The notes beneath the pieces were generated by a model that saw nothing but the letters and a program-made list of their open reading frames with translations, did not search any database and had not been told where the DNA came from. A stretch of 64,000 bases of DNA from Priapulus caudatus (Eukaryota): positions 619,110 to 683,109 of the forward strand of contig NW_014577074.1 in the NCBI RefSeq assembly GCF_000485595.1. Direction: 5' to 3'. Positions 13,950-25,800 of this stretch are shown here, piece after piece. Both the position numbers and the translations under genes were made by a program. Positions within the stretch are counted from its first letter, which is position 1. Every line of letters begins with the position of its first letter.

Positions 13950-16900
13950 TATATAGATGCAAGTACATATTTTACCTGAATATAAGAGCAGGTACACGCT
14001 GCAATACAGAGCTCTGCTAATATTTCACAGCTCTATTTCACAGTTATCTGAATTCACAGTTAGCAGTTTAGCAGTTAACAGTTTCACAGTTAGCAGAGCT
14101 CTATTTCACAGTTATCGTAACATATTACAACAATGTTATATACATGTAAATATAAATATGTATAAATGTGTGCGTGTGTGTGCGTATATATATATATATA
14201 TATGCATGTGTGTGCGTATGTGTGAGCGTGCGTGCGTGCGTGCGTGCGTGCATGTGTATCCCTACGTGCATGGGGTGAGAAAAATTTACCTTACGGCTTA
14301 CACCTACGGATTTTTACGCAATGACAACACCTTTTTTCATGACTACCCTATTTCACAATAGCATTCCCTACGCCTACAGAGCGATGTGCGGTTACTACGG
14401 CAACGCGTGACCTCCAATGCAGCGTGCAGCTAGATTTTATTAGCACACTTCTAGACTGTGGCCGAAGGTGCGGAGAAAAGCGTCAGCACGTCGGGTGACA
14501 GTCACACGGTTTGCAAAGGAACAACGTGAGCCATCAACACAGCAGAGCTTAGGGGCCGCTTATCACAGCCACTTGGAGCGTTTCAATAAAATATAATGCT
14601 AAATAAATACGAAATCGATTTACTACCAAAGTCTTAATGTTTCTCTACTCTCTTTCTTTCACCTATTATTGCCGACAATTTCCTGTAAATGCCGTCCAAA
14701 TGCTCATCTGCAACACACTGTCACACGCTGGCCGCCGCACGCTAGCTGCTGCACACTGACACATAACCTTATATATATTTATGTGTCAGTGTGCAGCAGC
14801 TAGCGTGCGGTGTACTTGTGTGTTGCAGATGAGCATTTGACTGGCATTTACAGGTGATTATATAGGCGAAATAGAGTAGAGAAACATTAAGACTGGTAGT
14901 AAATACATTTCGTGTTTATTTACCTTTTTTTTTTTTATTGAGACGTTCCAAGTGCCTGTGGGGCCGATCTCTTCAGTCTAACAACTAGAAATGTTTGTTG
15001 CCCGGAATCTGTCCGCGCGACAACGGCAGCTGTTTATCTCTACACCTAAACATTATATTGGCATTGCAAGCCAATAAACTATACTTTAGTTATTGATGTA
15101 GAAGTGTGGCTACCCCATTAACCAAAAACGATATGGTCACTGGTGCATAATTTATTCATTCAGATCGATCTGTCAATAGAACGATATTTTTAATAATCAC
15201 ATGCTATCAGAAAATATCAGATTTATTTACATAATCTGATATTACATTACTCTTGATATCGGCACAGATAAAGTAAATATAATAAGTGATATATATTTTG
15301 TTTGTGTGCGTGTTAGCAGAGAATGGCAAATGACATTACACGGCGGCCACGGTGTACCGCAATTTTGATTTAATTTTATGAATCTAACCTAGGCTAGAGG
15401 CTTTTAGCAGCAATGAGGCTTTTGGCAACAATGAAAAACACAAGGTATAACACCCGTTTAACATTATAACAAAGAAATTACTGCCTAGTTGCCCGGACAA
15501 TACGATAATACAATACGACAATAGACGAACAATACGAGTTTTGTGGACCTCGAAAATCATAGTTCCTTGAGACCAGAGATTTACTCGATAATGCTGCCAT
15601 CACAATCAGACAATAACAGTATAGTGGAGTGGCTCCTAACCTTTTCACCAACAAGGACACCTTTCATTGAAATTAATTTTCCCACGGACCTCTTTCTCGA
15701 TGGAAGCAGCCGTTAGGCTATTTTATAGCTAAACATCTATTGCTATATATAATATCAAACATATATGAGCCTCTTGAAATTTTGAACTTAGTTCACGGAC
15801 CCCCAGGAGTCCGGGGACCCCAGGTTGGGAACCACCGGTATAGTGTGCATGGGCATGGGTGTATCATAAATCTCACAAAGGATAATCTTCATAGTTATAA
15901 TTTCAGGCATAGAAATAGATACATAATATTATACCTACCTACGTATTTCTATGGTTTCAGTATTCTTCAGACATTGTATAGAGTAATTGTTACATTGTTA
16001 CAACTTACATCAGCTGTGGCCCACTCACAGCTATACTAAATCGAGGTTAAACACCATAGGACCCGTTGTCAGAAACAAAATGAGTCTTAACTTTACGATG
16101 TAATGTTTCTGACAGTGGGCCCCTGAATTCTTGGCTACATACCGAAGGGGTAATATGTTAGTTACATGGCTCACTTTAGCGCCTTTTTCGCATGATATAC
16201 ATTCATAATTGGTTGGTTATTATTCCTAGAGTTTAGGCTTTTTGTTATCGCGAAATGAAGCTGTATGTGTATAGTTTGAATGGGTTAAATGTCATGCCTA
16301 GCTATGAAATTTATGAATGCCCATATGCACTGAACTGAATAGTGACCCAAATTTCAGTTAATTCCAAGTACATCAACACCTTGTTTTCTGATGCCATAGG
16401 ATTTACCTTGTCGTCCTGCTTTGATTAAATCTATGACCAGCTGTGCAAATGCAACATCCATTCTCTTTGGGTTCACATTTATCAACTTCTGATTAATAAT
16501 ACAGAGCAACGAAAACGGATATGTACAGTAGGATAATTAAAACCAAATTTAACTTAAATTAAAATAAATCAAAATTTAGTGTTATCCTGAAAGCAATGTT
16601 ACTATTTTCCATTAAATTTATAATATGATTTTCCATACATGACGCTGTGAGAACAACTAGTAAAACGCAAATGCAGTGCCAAGATGACTGGCGAATACCA
16701 TTCTAATGTCAGCAAGCTAAGCAAAATGAGCAATAGCAAAAACAAACAAATGGGTTGGGTGAACAAGATTAAGTATCTGATTAAAATTTACATAAATAAA
16801 ATGTTAATCCCATTTGTTCTCATTTTACTGAAAATACTACAATGGTGGTTAGCAGATTGATTAATCGGTGTTATATTAAGAAAACTACAGTGTGAATGCA

Positions 16901-16977
16901 AAATGATAAGTAGAAGATTTAAAAAAAAACCTATTCTCCCTTCTTCTTCTTCTTCCCCTACCTACCACATTTTTCTC

Positions 16978-17038
<61 letters not shown>

Positions 17039-17357
17039 NNNNNNNNNNNNNNNNNNNNNNNNNNNNNNNNNNNNNNNNNNNNNNNNNNNNNNNNNNNNNN
17101 NNNNNNNNNNNNNNNNNNNNNNNNNNNNNNNNNNNNNNNNNNNNNNNNNNNNNNNNNNNNNNNNNNNNNNNNNNNNNNNNNNNNNNNNNNNNNNNNNNNN
17201 NNNNNNNNNNNNNNNNNNNNNNNNNNNNNNNNNNNNNNNNNNNNNNNNNNNNNNNNNNNNNNNNNNNNNNNNNNNNNNNNNNNNNNNNNNNNNNNNNNNN
17301 NNNNNNNNNNNNNNNNNNNNNNNNNNNNNNNNNNNNNNNNNNNNNNNNNNNNNNNNN

Positions 17358-17425
<68 letters not shown>

Positions 17426-18836
17426 ATCTCTGTCTCTTTCCCTCACTTTCTCTCCTTTTTTTCTTCTTCTATCATTTACTACTACATTGATAACTATAAG
17501 TAAGATCATTTGCCAATCTATCTTTACCCATCAATACGCAATTACCCAAGATAAATTTGTAATAATGCACATTTACAGTGCAATACTCCTAACCATACAG
17601 CCCCGAAACATGTGTAATATACTCTCAGGCAGTTCTAGACACTATTAGCACACGTACCAAAACGTAATGTAAACATTATGACCTCCGTCTAAACTTTCAC
17701 ACGGTTACATGCAAATATCTCCTGTTTCCTGAATAGCTCGACACTGTATGAAAAGATCCGTCTCGGTGTGGCCTACACTGGTCATAATTGCATACCATAA
17801 GCGAGGTCTAGACTAAGAGCATACTACAAAAATATCATTATTGAGTGGCGATGTACTGTACAGTGGACACTTGACACCTAGCAAGGTATCATCGTCCCAG
17901 AACATCTAGCTTCCCAATGTCACACAGATGCAGAGAGTATATTGTATGTTTTGTGGTAGATAATTTGCAGTGTATAGTGTGATGGAGTATAAAAATTTCC
18001 ACTACCATAAACCATTAAAAATTAGTAATGCACTAGCGGGGAAGAGCACAACTGAGACAAACTGGTGCCAAATCGGCCTCACATAGTGCAAGTGAGACGT
18101 ATATAAATGCATGCAACAAACTGCTATAACCCTTTCGAGACTCTTGTGGAATTTTCTACTCCTGGTATAAAGTGGCCATACGGAAAAATAACGGATTTCG
18201 GAATTTCGAATAACAGGTGCTCATGGAACCTGTAGCAGATAGTAGTAGAACTAGTAGTAGTACAGTAGTACTAGTAGTGAGTAGGTACTCACTATAGTAG
18301 TAACAACTGTTAGTGTTACTGTCAGCACATCATTACAACTTGTACAACTTCAGTACCATATATAGGCCTACTCCTACTATAGCACTATGACTAGATACAA
18401 TCATCATGATCATGCACAGTACGTCAGGTATCCTCGTAATCTCGTAAGCTTTTTCTGCTGTCAACACTGCGGCTGGCAGCAGAAAAAGCTTCAATTCTAC
18501 AAGTGCAACTAATCATCTGCATCCGGCGAAGATCCGCATCACTGATTTAAATTTCATTCAAATCAAGATAAAAAAAACTGGCAGAAAAATTGCTTTCGTC
18601 ATTTCAGATTTTCTAAATAATGCTCATGCTCATTGTCATTGCAGATTTTCTAAATATACTCTGCACCTACATCTAAAAGATAATTAAAATAGGACTACTA
18701 ATTACTAAACTATATTATTATTACTATGAGTCATTCATTTAGGACCATTTATGTATGACTTACCTATTCTCCCCTCAGCGAAAGACCGACCAATTTCGCC
18801 TGACAGAAGCACCAAAACACACCACCACCTTAACAT
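1341..18836 (-). CDS. PTPRN: IA-2/phogrin-like receptor-type tyrosine phosphatase N (PTPRN/PTPRN2 family), coding exons 1-2 only; gene continues beyond the left edge
   Basis: Exon 1 18836-18764 encodes signal-peptide-like MLRWWCVLVLLSGEIGRSFAEGRI, then G|gtaagt (phase 1). Exon 2 1391-1341 (51 nt, ttgcag|...|gtaagt) encodes GCLISPDACVAGEDCID(D), resembling the Cys-rich N-terminus of IA-2/PTPRN2 (GCL-x5-C-x4-C-x2-D). Phases join in frame. Catalytic domain not in window. Confidence 0.7.
4218..5414. mobile_element. MITE with CACAGGCACTTG termini, interrupted by a ~0.7-0.8 kb insertion
   Basis: Left end cacaggcacttgaagcgtttcaataaaatataatgc, right end gcattatattttattgaaacgtttcaagtgcctgtg; shorter copy of the same family at 14564-14960. 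Confidence 0.7.
4414..5145 (+). mobile_element. Possible solo LTR inside the MITE
   Basis: TGTT...TTACA ends, TATA-like TATAAA (~4926), polyA-like ATATAAA (~5081), internal G33 tract; no clean TSD found. Confidence 0.3.
6023..6075. repeat. (GCGT)n microsatellite
   Basis: Direct reading of the sequence. Confidence 0.9.
10800..13745 (-). mobile_element. 5'-truncated, frameshifted CR1/L2-clade LINE (ORF2 remnant with reverse transcriptase)
   Basis: Minus-strand ORFs 13251-13730 (SDH endonuclease tail), 11581-12357 (QYGFR, YLDFSKAFDTVPH, GVPQGSVLGP, FADD), 11269-11523 (YKSLVRP..EY..PVWSP) and 11000-11272 (TRGH..KL, WN.LP). 3' tail (ATTAAAGT)n at 10800-10826. Confidence 0.92.
12726..13191. mobile_element. 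hAT-like MITE inserted in the LINE
   Basis: TIRs TAGGGGTCGAAATTAG / CTAATTTCGACCCCTG; flanks GTAAG/GTAAC; LINE sequence resumes on both sides. Confidence 0.8.
14564..14960. mobile_element. Fold-back MITE (same family as 4218-5414)
   Basis: Nearly whole-length palindrome centred on ~14770 (gctagctgctgcacactgacacataa / ttatgtgtcagtgtgcagcagctagc). Confidence 0.8.
15626..15838. mobile_element. Small hAT (Charlie-like) MITE
   Basis: gagtggctcctaacc ... ggttgggaaccaccg termini with GGACCCC subterminal motifs. Confidence 0.5.
16981..17422. repeat. (CT)n microsatellite spanning an assembly gap (N 17039-17357)
   Basis: Direct reading of the sequence. Confidence 0.95.
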
Positions 18837-19029
18837 AATTTCCCTATCAGGCTTTCTTATCCATCGCGTCTTGATACGGTTTGCTTTTCCGGTCCAGAAA
18901 GGACAAAATCCGGAAAAAATGCAGGTTTCCCCTTGTAACCTTCCGAACCAAACAGTTCGAAAATAAGGTTTCGCCGAGGTTGTGCTACCGTGCTAACATG
19001 AAGATTTTCTGCCGCAGTATGGCGGAAAA

Positions 19030-19048
19030 TGACGTCACAAGTACGTCA
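19030..19048. promoter_or_regulatory. CRE (TGACGTCA) plus half-site upstream of PTPRN-like exon 1
   Basis: Perfect TGACGTCA 19030-19037 and ACGTCA 19043-19048, ~200 bp upstream of the ATG. Confidence 0.45.
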
Positions 19049-19311
19049 TGTTGTGGGCGGGTAACTAAATTATTCTGTTTACTGCCGCCGTCACATTTCG
19101 CGTGGGACGGCCACAGAAGACGGGGTCGGCACACTGGAAAACCAATGCCAACTGAAGAGCATATATAGCTTGCTTTTTTGGGCATTGAACTATAGGAAAT
19201 ATGGAAGGAGCAGTGTACACAGAAAGTGGAAATATGAAATAAGTAAACAAGAAAAATAAGGAAGGAATGGAAAACAGCATTTGTCATTCGTCGACGTACG
19301 TCGACGCTGAG

Positions 19312-19563
19312 AGGGTCTATGTCCCCCGGGCGGGGGTACTGCCGGAACGTACCCTGGGTACGATCTGGTATACCGGAACGTACCTTGGTACTATATTATA
19401 TGCCGAACCGTACCTCGCCTACTCCACTAACGAGTCTAGGGAGTCGCCTACGCCTACTCCCTAACCCTAACCCTATACCCTAATCCTGATTCCTAACCCT
19501 AACCATATCAAAATTATAGTGACCAGGGTACGTTCCGGCAGTACCCTGGGGGACATAGACCCT
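19312..19563. mobile_element. Telomeric-repeat-bearing MITE, family B copy 1
   Basis: TIRs AGGGTCTATGTCCCC...GTACTGCCGGAACGTACCCTGG; internal degenerate (CCCTAA)n 19459-19504. Confidence 0.8.
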
Positions 19564-19701
19564 ATGAGCACTACTATAATATGCCAGGCACAGCGTCTAA
19601 ATAAAACAATAAATTATATACACCATATATAAACATATGACTATTGACCATTGTCACCATGACTCGAGCTCAATAAACCATAACATTAAAATTATATTTA
19701 G

Positions 19702-20612
19702 AACTAGAAATGGCAGTTGTCGCCAACTACATGTATCCCCCGTGATCTAGTATGAATAAAATATCTCCGTAATTAAGGACGTATGTTGATTAGGGTTAAA
19801 CTAAAAGTCGGAGAGATTATCTGCAAGTGCAGAGTAAAGGTCAAAGACAGGTGCCAATGCGCACTTTCTCTCTCAGACGTGTAAGTATACCAAGTCTGGT
19901 TGCGCTAGGTCAATTAGAGGCCGAGTTATAGAGCGGAAGAGAAATATGATCAATTTCAAGGTCAAGGTCCAATAAAGGTAGCAGTGACCTGGTTTTGGTA
20001 CGCTGCGCACCTTCTCCCCAAGATGTGTATAAGTATACCAAGTTTGTTCGCGCTAGGTCAATTAGTGGCAGAGTTATAGAGAGGAAGGGAAATATGATTA
20101 AGGTCAAGGTCAAGGACAAATAAAGGTCGCAGTAACCTGGTTTTGGTACGCAACACACCATCTTCCCAAGATGTGTAAGTAGACCAAGTGTGGTCACGCT
20201 AGGCCAATTAGGGGCCGAGTTATAGAGCAGAAGGGAAATATGATCAAGGTCAAGGTCAAATAAAAGTCGCAGCGACCTGGTTGTGGTACGCGACGCACCT
20301 TCTCCCCAAGATGTGTAACAGTAAGTATACCAAGTTTGGTCACGCTAGGTCAATTGGGGGCTGAGTTATAGAGCGGAAGGAAAATATGATTAAGCCCAAG
20401 GTCAAATAAAGGTTGCAGTAACCTGGTTTTGGTACGCGACACACCTTCTCCCCAAGATGTGTAAGTATACCAAGTTTGGCCGTGCTAGGCGAGTTATAGA
20501 GCGTAAGGATAAGTGTCTGCGGCGGCGAGCGGCGGTGGAGGCGGCTGGACAGACATGAAACCATATAGTATCAGGAGATAGTATTCCCGCCAATTTTGTC
20601 GCGGGGGATACA
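19702..20612 (-). mobile_element. Helentron-associated (HINE-like) element family 1 with ~120-bp internal tandem repeats
   Basis: Subterminal inverted GTATCCCCCG/CGGGGGATAC, terminal hairpin GCAGTTG-TCGC-CAACTAC, ~5 tandem units (ccttctccccaagatgtgtaagtataccaagtttgg...); other copies at 46462 and 53373. Confidence 0.75.
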
Positions 20613-21006
20613 ATTATAAGTCTATAGACTATTATATAACATATTTGCTTCGTGTCCGCTTTTTTTAACCTTTCATAAAATTTATCATGGTCAGATTGGC
20701 ATTCTCTCTTGCGTAATGGTCTAATGGAGCCTGTCCACAGTACTCAATCAGACTGAGCCGTAAGCATCGTTTTCGACATATATGTCATTATGTGATGCAT
20801 GGATCTTCTTCGTTTCTGTCAATCCATATTGGAATTCTCTTCCTCCTCTTTTGTTAATTGCAAATTTGATGCCTTTTTCTGCTGCAATCCGCAGTGTTGA
20901 TCTGTCTATTTGATCAACTTTGTGTATCTCCGTTTTCATTATAGTCCCTTGGACTTTGAAGACTGATCTTTACGAAGTTATAGGTTAAAATCGCTATGCT
21001 ATCGAG

Positions 21007-21510
21007 CACTAGCGGATAAAGGGCGGGGCAACAGGGGCACGTGCCCCGGGCCCCCCACATTTGGGGCCCCCCACATTTAGAGTATCCTAAAATTTACAAA
21101 ACTGTCGTAATTGTGATCCACAAAATTTTTAGCATGGAACGTTGAAGTGATGCGTTTCCCATGCTGTTTCTCTGACTGAATTTTGCTGTTCAGCTGAAGG
21201 ACACTTTCCCTAATACCGAAATTGCTCTGAGAATCTATCTTTCATTGATGGTCTCGAATTGTAGCGGTGAAAGGTCATTTTCAAAACTCAAGTTGATTAA
21301 AAATCACATGAGAACCACGAATGGCACGATGAGCCAACAGAGACTGGTAAACCTCAGTATTCTCGCTATCGAAAGTGATATTTTAAATTCGTTGAAACAC
21401 GATGAAATACTCTCTGAATTTGCAAGCATGAAAGTGCAGAAAAAATACAGACTATAGGGCCCCCACACAATTGCGTGCCCCGGGCCCCCCACACGCTTAG
21501 TCCGGCCCTG
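21007..21510 (+). mobile_element. Internally deleted hAT transposon with C-terminal dimerization-domain remnant
   Basis: 8-bp TSD CTATCGAG on both sides; encodes [49 protein letters not shown]. Confidence 0.88.
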
Positions 21511-22272
21511 CTATCGAGTATCGTTATGCTAAAATCGCTGCGATGCGAAGGGTCGCTAAGCATACGATGCATAGATATCATATAACAACGTTGTTATATG
21601 ATATCTATGATACGATGGCAAAGTTATTTTCCACAAGTATCGCAAGGGGGCGCCACAAGCACGGTTCGGACGGCAATCAGAAAACCCATTCGGCTCTTTC
21701 CGTCATTCCTAGAAAAGAGACTATTCTGTTCCGAGGGTTCCCGATTGGTTCGGACGCTTCGCACGGCCACAGGTTCCCTTTTGTTTTTCGCAATGTTGAA
21801 TTTTGTTGTTGTATTTGTAATTAAAAGTGCAAGTAGTCATCACGACCATTTACATTTGTGAAGGGGTTATTATTTCTCTAACAAATAATATCCTAGTCTT
21901 GTGTATGTTTTTGTACGTTCAATACGCTATCAAGTAATACTATTACTAATACTAATAGTAATACTAATAATAAGTACTATACTACTACTAGTACTAGTAA
22001 TAATAATAATAGGCCCCCCGTACTACTAGTAATACTAATAGTAATACTACTAATATCAATATAAGCCGGTATCAAAAACATACTCGCAGCTTTTTAATTA
22101 GGATTAGGGTTAGGGTCACAATGCACCATAAAAGTTATTGAAACAGGACAGTAGTTTCAGGCACGTGATTTGTATCAACCAATGGGATTTGGGAGGTATG
22201 CAGGCCTTAGCTGCGAGTCAAAAACACCCGTCATTCCATTGGCATTGGCAGACTAGTAGTTGTACTGCTGAT

Positions 22273-22467
22273 AGGGTCTATGTCCCCTAGGGTACTGCCG
22301 GAACGTACCCTGGTAACTATCTAGCTGATATGGTTAGGGTTAGGGTTAGGGAGTAGGCGAGGTACGGTCCGGCCTATTAGATAGTAGTATTTAGTACCAG
22401 GGTACGTTCCAGTATACCGGACCGTACCCAGGGTACGTTCCGGCAGTACCCTGGGGACATAGACCCT
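22273..22467. mobile_element. Telomeric-repeat-bearing MITE, family B copy 2 (inverted relative to copy 1)
   Basis: Same TIRs as 19312-19563; (TTAGGG)3 at ~22334-22351; AT/TA flanks. Confidence 0.8.
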
Positions 22468-22497
22468 ATCAGCAGTAGTACTAGTAGTACTAGTAGT

Positions 22498-22670
22498 CAT
22501 GGCCGTACATATAGCGGGGGAGCAGGGGGGCACTTCCCCCCCTCCCAGAAATTTAAATTTGCAACCCCCAGCGTGGTCATAACAATGTTTCCAGAGGTAG
22601 CTCGCTCTGGTCTAAGTCTTCTCTCATCTACTGCTCCCCCCACCACTGAAAATTTCCTGTGTACGACCTT
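22498..22670. mobile_element. hAT-like MITE in a (TAGTAGTAC)n tract
   Basis: CATGGCCGTACA / TGTACGACCTTG termini, 8-bp flanking duplication CTAGTAGT. Confidence 0.6.
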
Positions 22671-22849
22671 GCTAGTAGTACTAGTAGTACTAGTAGTACT
22701 AGTAGTAGTACTACTAGTAATACTAATAGTATTAATACTATTATTAGTAATTACATAATTAGGGTATGAAATAATGTATTTCATGAAATACTAGTATGTA
22801 CTGATAGTATATATGTATTCATTATAGGTACCCAACATCCTTAATATAA

Positions 22850-25800
22850 ATGGCTCGTTCGATGTCACCGAAAAGGTCGCCAAAACAGTCCTCCCGTAGT
22901 CAGCGATCACGGTCACATTCCAGAAATCATTCACATAGTCGGCATTCTGACTCAGGATCTAGAGGAGTGAAGGGGCACAAGAAGTCTGCACCAGGTTCTG
23001 ACACGAAGAACAGGTCAGGCAGTAGAAAGCATGGAAGATCATCCCGTTCAGCATCGCACTCCCGTCGTTATTCATCGAGGTCTTTGATGAGAAGCAAGAG
23101 TAGGTCTGCTTCCCCTCGAAGACGTGAGCATCGTTCTCGCTCTCCTGCAATGAAGAGGCGTGAGTCTAATTCACCGCACCGTCGCAGGAAGGCCTCACCC
23201 GGAGGTGCATCCCCAATGCATTCAGGTTCACACACACAAATGAACGTAACTTCAAGATCTGACAGTCACAAATTAGCCAAAACACACCAGCGCAGATCCA
23301 GTATTTCAAAGTCTCCTAAAAACACTGCCTCTGAATCACCTTCAAGAGAATGGAAGAAGAAAGTCGATATTCGCAGAGAATATCATAGATCACGCTCTCG
23401 GTCCAACTCTCTGCCTATCGATAAGTTTGTTTCCCAGAGAAAATCTCCATCTCCAGATGGGGCTGGCAAGTGGGCCTCAAGATCACATAATAGGCGGCCA
23501 AGAAACTCATCACCATCCATAACAAAAGGCCATCGCTCTAGGTCTTATGAGAGAGGTTCAAAATGGAGGGTTGGTGCAAGGAGTAGGTAGGTAGTAGGAA
23601 TCATTTATTAAATAATTAAATTTAATATATAATTGTGACAAATCATAATATTGGATCTAAAGATACTGATTACACTTACAGCATGATAAGTCTTTACAAT
23701 TAATTTACACCAAATTGTTGTTAAATTACGTAAAAGTATACGGGAAGTATTTTGTCTTAGACTGCATGCAGCCACTGATCATTTACAATGCTATCTGTAC
23801 GCCATATTTACGAGAATTGTCTAGTGTTTTCCCTCTCTTTTATAGCTGTTTAATTACCCACCGTTATTGCTTGAGTAACAGCAACAGGCTAGAGTAACGA
23901 GAAAATGAATTAGAACCTTATTCACCAAAACATGCAAGTTCGATTACCAGCGAGCCCTTTCTTGTAATCTTGGACCAGTTAGTAGTGCTACTAGCGCCAG
24001 CTATCGTCCATAGACTTGCACGTCTCTCGCAAAATCTCATTTGCACTGCCAAATTACAAGTTGACACATTTAACAAATCTCGCGACTCGAGGATATTTTT
24101 GTTGTGTTACGATGTGTTCATATCCAATTTTCTATGCTATAACTGCATAAAATCCGGTTTTTCAAGTTGGTGTAATCAGTGATATATCCGCTGTGAGGTG
24201 AGACTATATTTTGTTATATTTTTTGGGGTTGAGCGTTTCTAAGCAAAAATTTCGTAATAAAAACTTTAACAAACATGGCTTCAGGTCAGGATCACCTCGT
24301 CCGCAGAAGAGCGCACGTGCCTCTTCACCTATTAGCATATACAAGGAGTTAGCAAACAAGTCGGCCACTGTTGAAGATCGCCACTATGCGAAGAAGACCT
24401 TTGAGCCACCAGAAAACTTCACCATTAAGATCACGCGAGTCAAAGAGCCGAGTTCACCACAGACGAAGTCAATAGAGATCGACCGCGTGTACCTGCCTCG
24501 GAAGAAGGGTGAAGGTGTGAAGCCTCTCTTTGAACGACAGGAGCTGAGAAGCATCGCACATTTAGACTTTACCGACCGCGATACAAAACAGGAGAGCAAG
24601 AAAGTCATAAGTGTTAGCAGCAGAGGCGATGGTACTCAGTATAAGCCGATAGGCTCCTCTGAGATGCACATGACGGGCACGCTGCTGAGTAACCGATGGA
24701 AGGCAATGATGGCACATGCGCAGGATGATAACCGAGTTGTTGACGTGGTTGCACCAAAAGCTATGGCAAGGAGCCGGTCGCGCTCCCCGATTTCCAAGAC
24801 CGTGTTCCACGTCAGCACCCGCTACCCCGACAAGAGCCAGGAACCCAGGGGTACGGCTTACAGACGCCAGCCAAGTGGCAAGCATCTAACGACTGGAGAC
24901 TTGCGTCACAGCCTGCAGGGGAGACGAGAGGATATGCGGGGCGGGGACGACAGGTCACGGCCGAAGCGTGGCAGCGGAGAAGATCTGCGGCTTAACATAG
25001 AGGAGAGGAGGGCGAAAAGGCACATGGATGATAATGATTATGAGATGGGACGGAGCCGAGGCAGAGAGGGTCAGGACAGGCGAATCAGCAGTACCACATC
25101 TCCAGCACAGAGCAGAGATGCAAGGCTGCATCAGCCTGGTTAGTATACAGTCTGTACATGGTTTTAGCTATGCAGCCTGACAGCCTGCGATGTTAGCTGC
25201 TCCATGCAGCACGTTACATCAGCTTTATACTACATTCATTATATCAGACCTAGACATCAATACGAATCATTTCATTGCAAATGTCATTTATTTGTGTATT
25301 AAAGAAAGGAGGCCAGAGAGACCATGGAGAGGAAGGGATATGCCACAGAGATTACCAGACTTCAGCAGAAGGCCAGATAAAGGACAATTTGAAGTTCCAG
25401 AATGGGTTCAGAATCCAGAAATGATACCAAAAGGAGGGTACTATTATGAGGTAGGTGCAATTCTTGTGATATATAACAATATATTTAGAATGCTCAAATT
25501 TTTTTTTAGCTCAGCTGACGAAGTCAGATGCAGCTTGTGGAATCGCATGATTGTCTGTCCGCGCGTGCGTCCGTCCGTGCGTCCGTCAACATTTGGGCAC
25601 AAATCTTAACCGCTCGCTGTACGGTCTTGATATTCGGGACGTGTGGGGGGGGGGATCGCAAAAAGGACTCGGGATGTCGAATTTGGGGGTCAAGATTCAG
25701 TGTGTCAATGAAGGGGGAATATTTCCCCCTTAACTTAAGGTATAGGAGGAAATACGGAATTGCGGCACAATTCTCAACGGCTTGACCTACGCTCTTACGT

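Noticed and set aside
16903..17509. 195/183-aa ORFs
   Set aside because: Artefacts of (CT)n plus an N gap.
19900..20510. Regularly spaced repeats suggestive of a CRISPR array
   Set aside because: Whole ~120-bp units repeat with no unique spacers, there are no cas genes, and the context is eukaryotic; these are HINE internal repeats.
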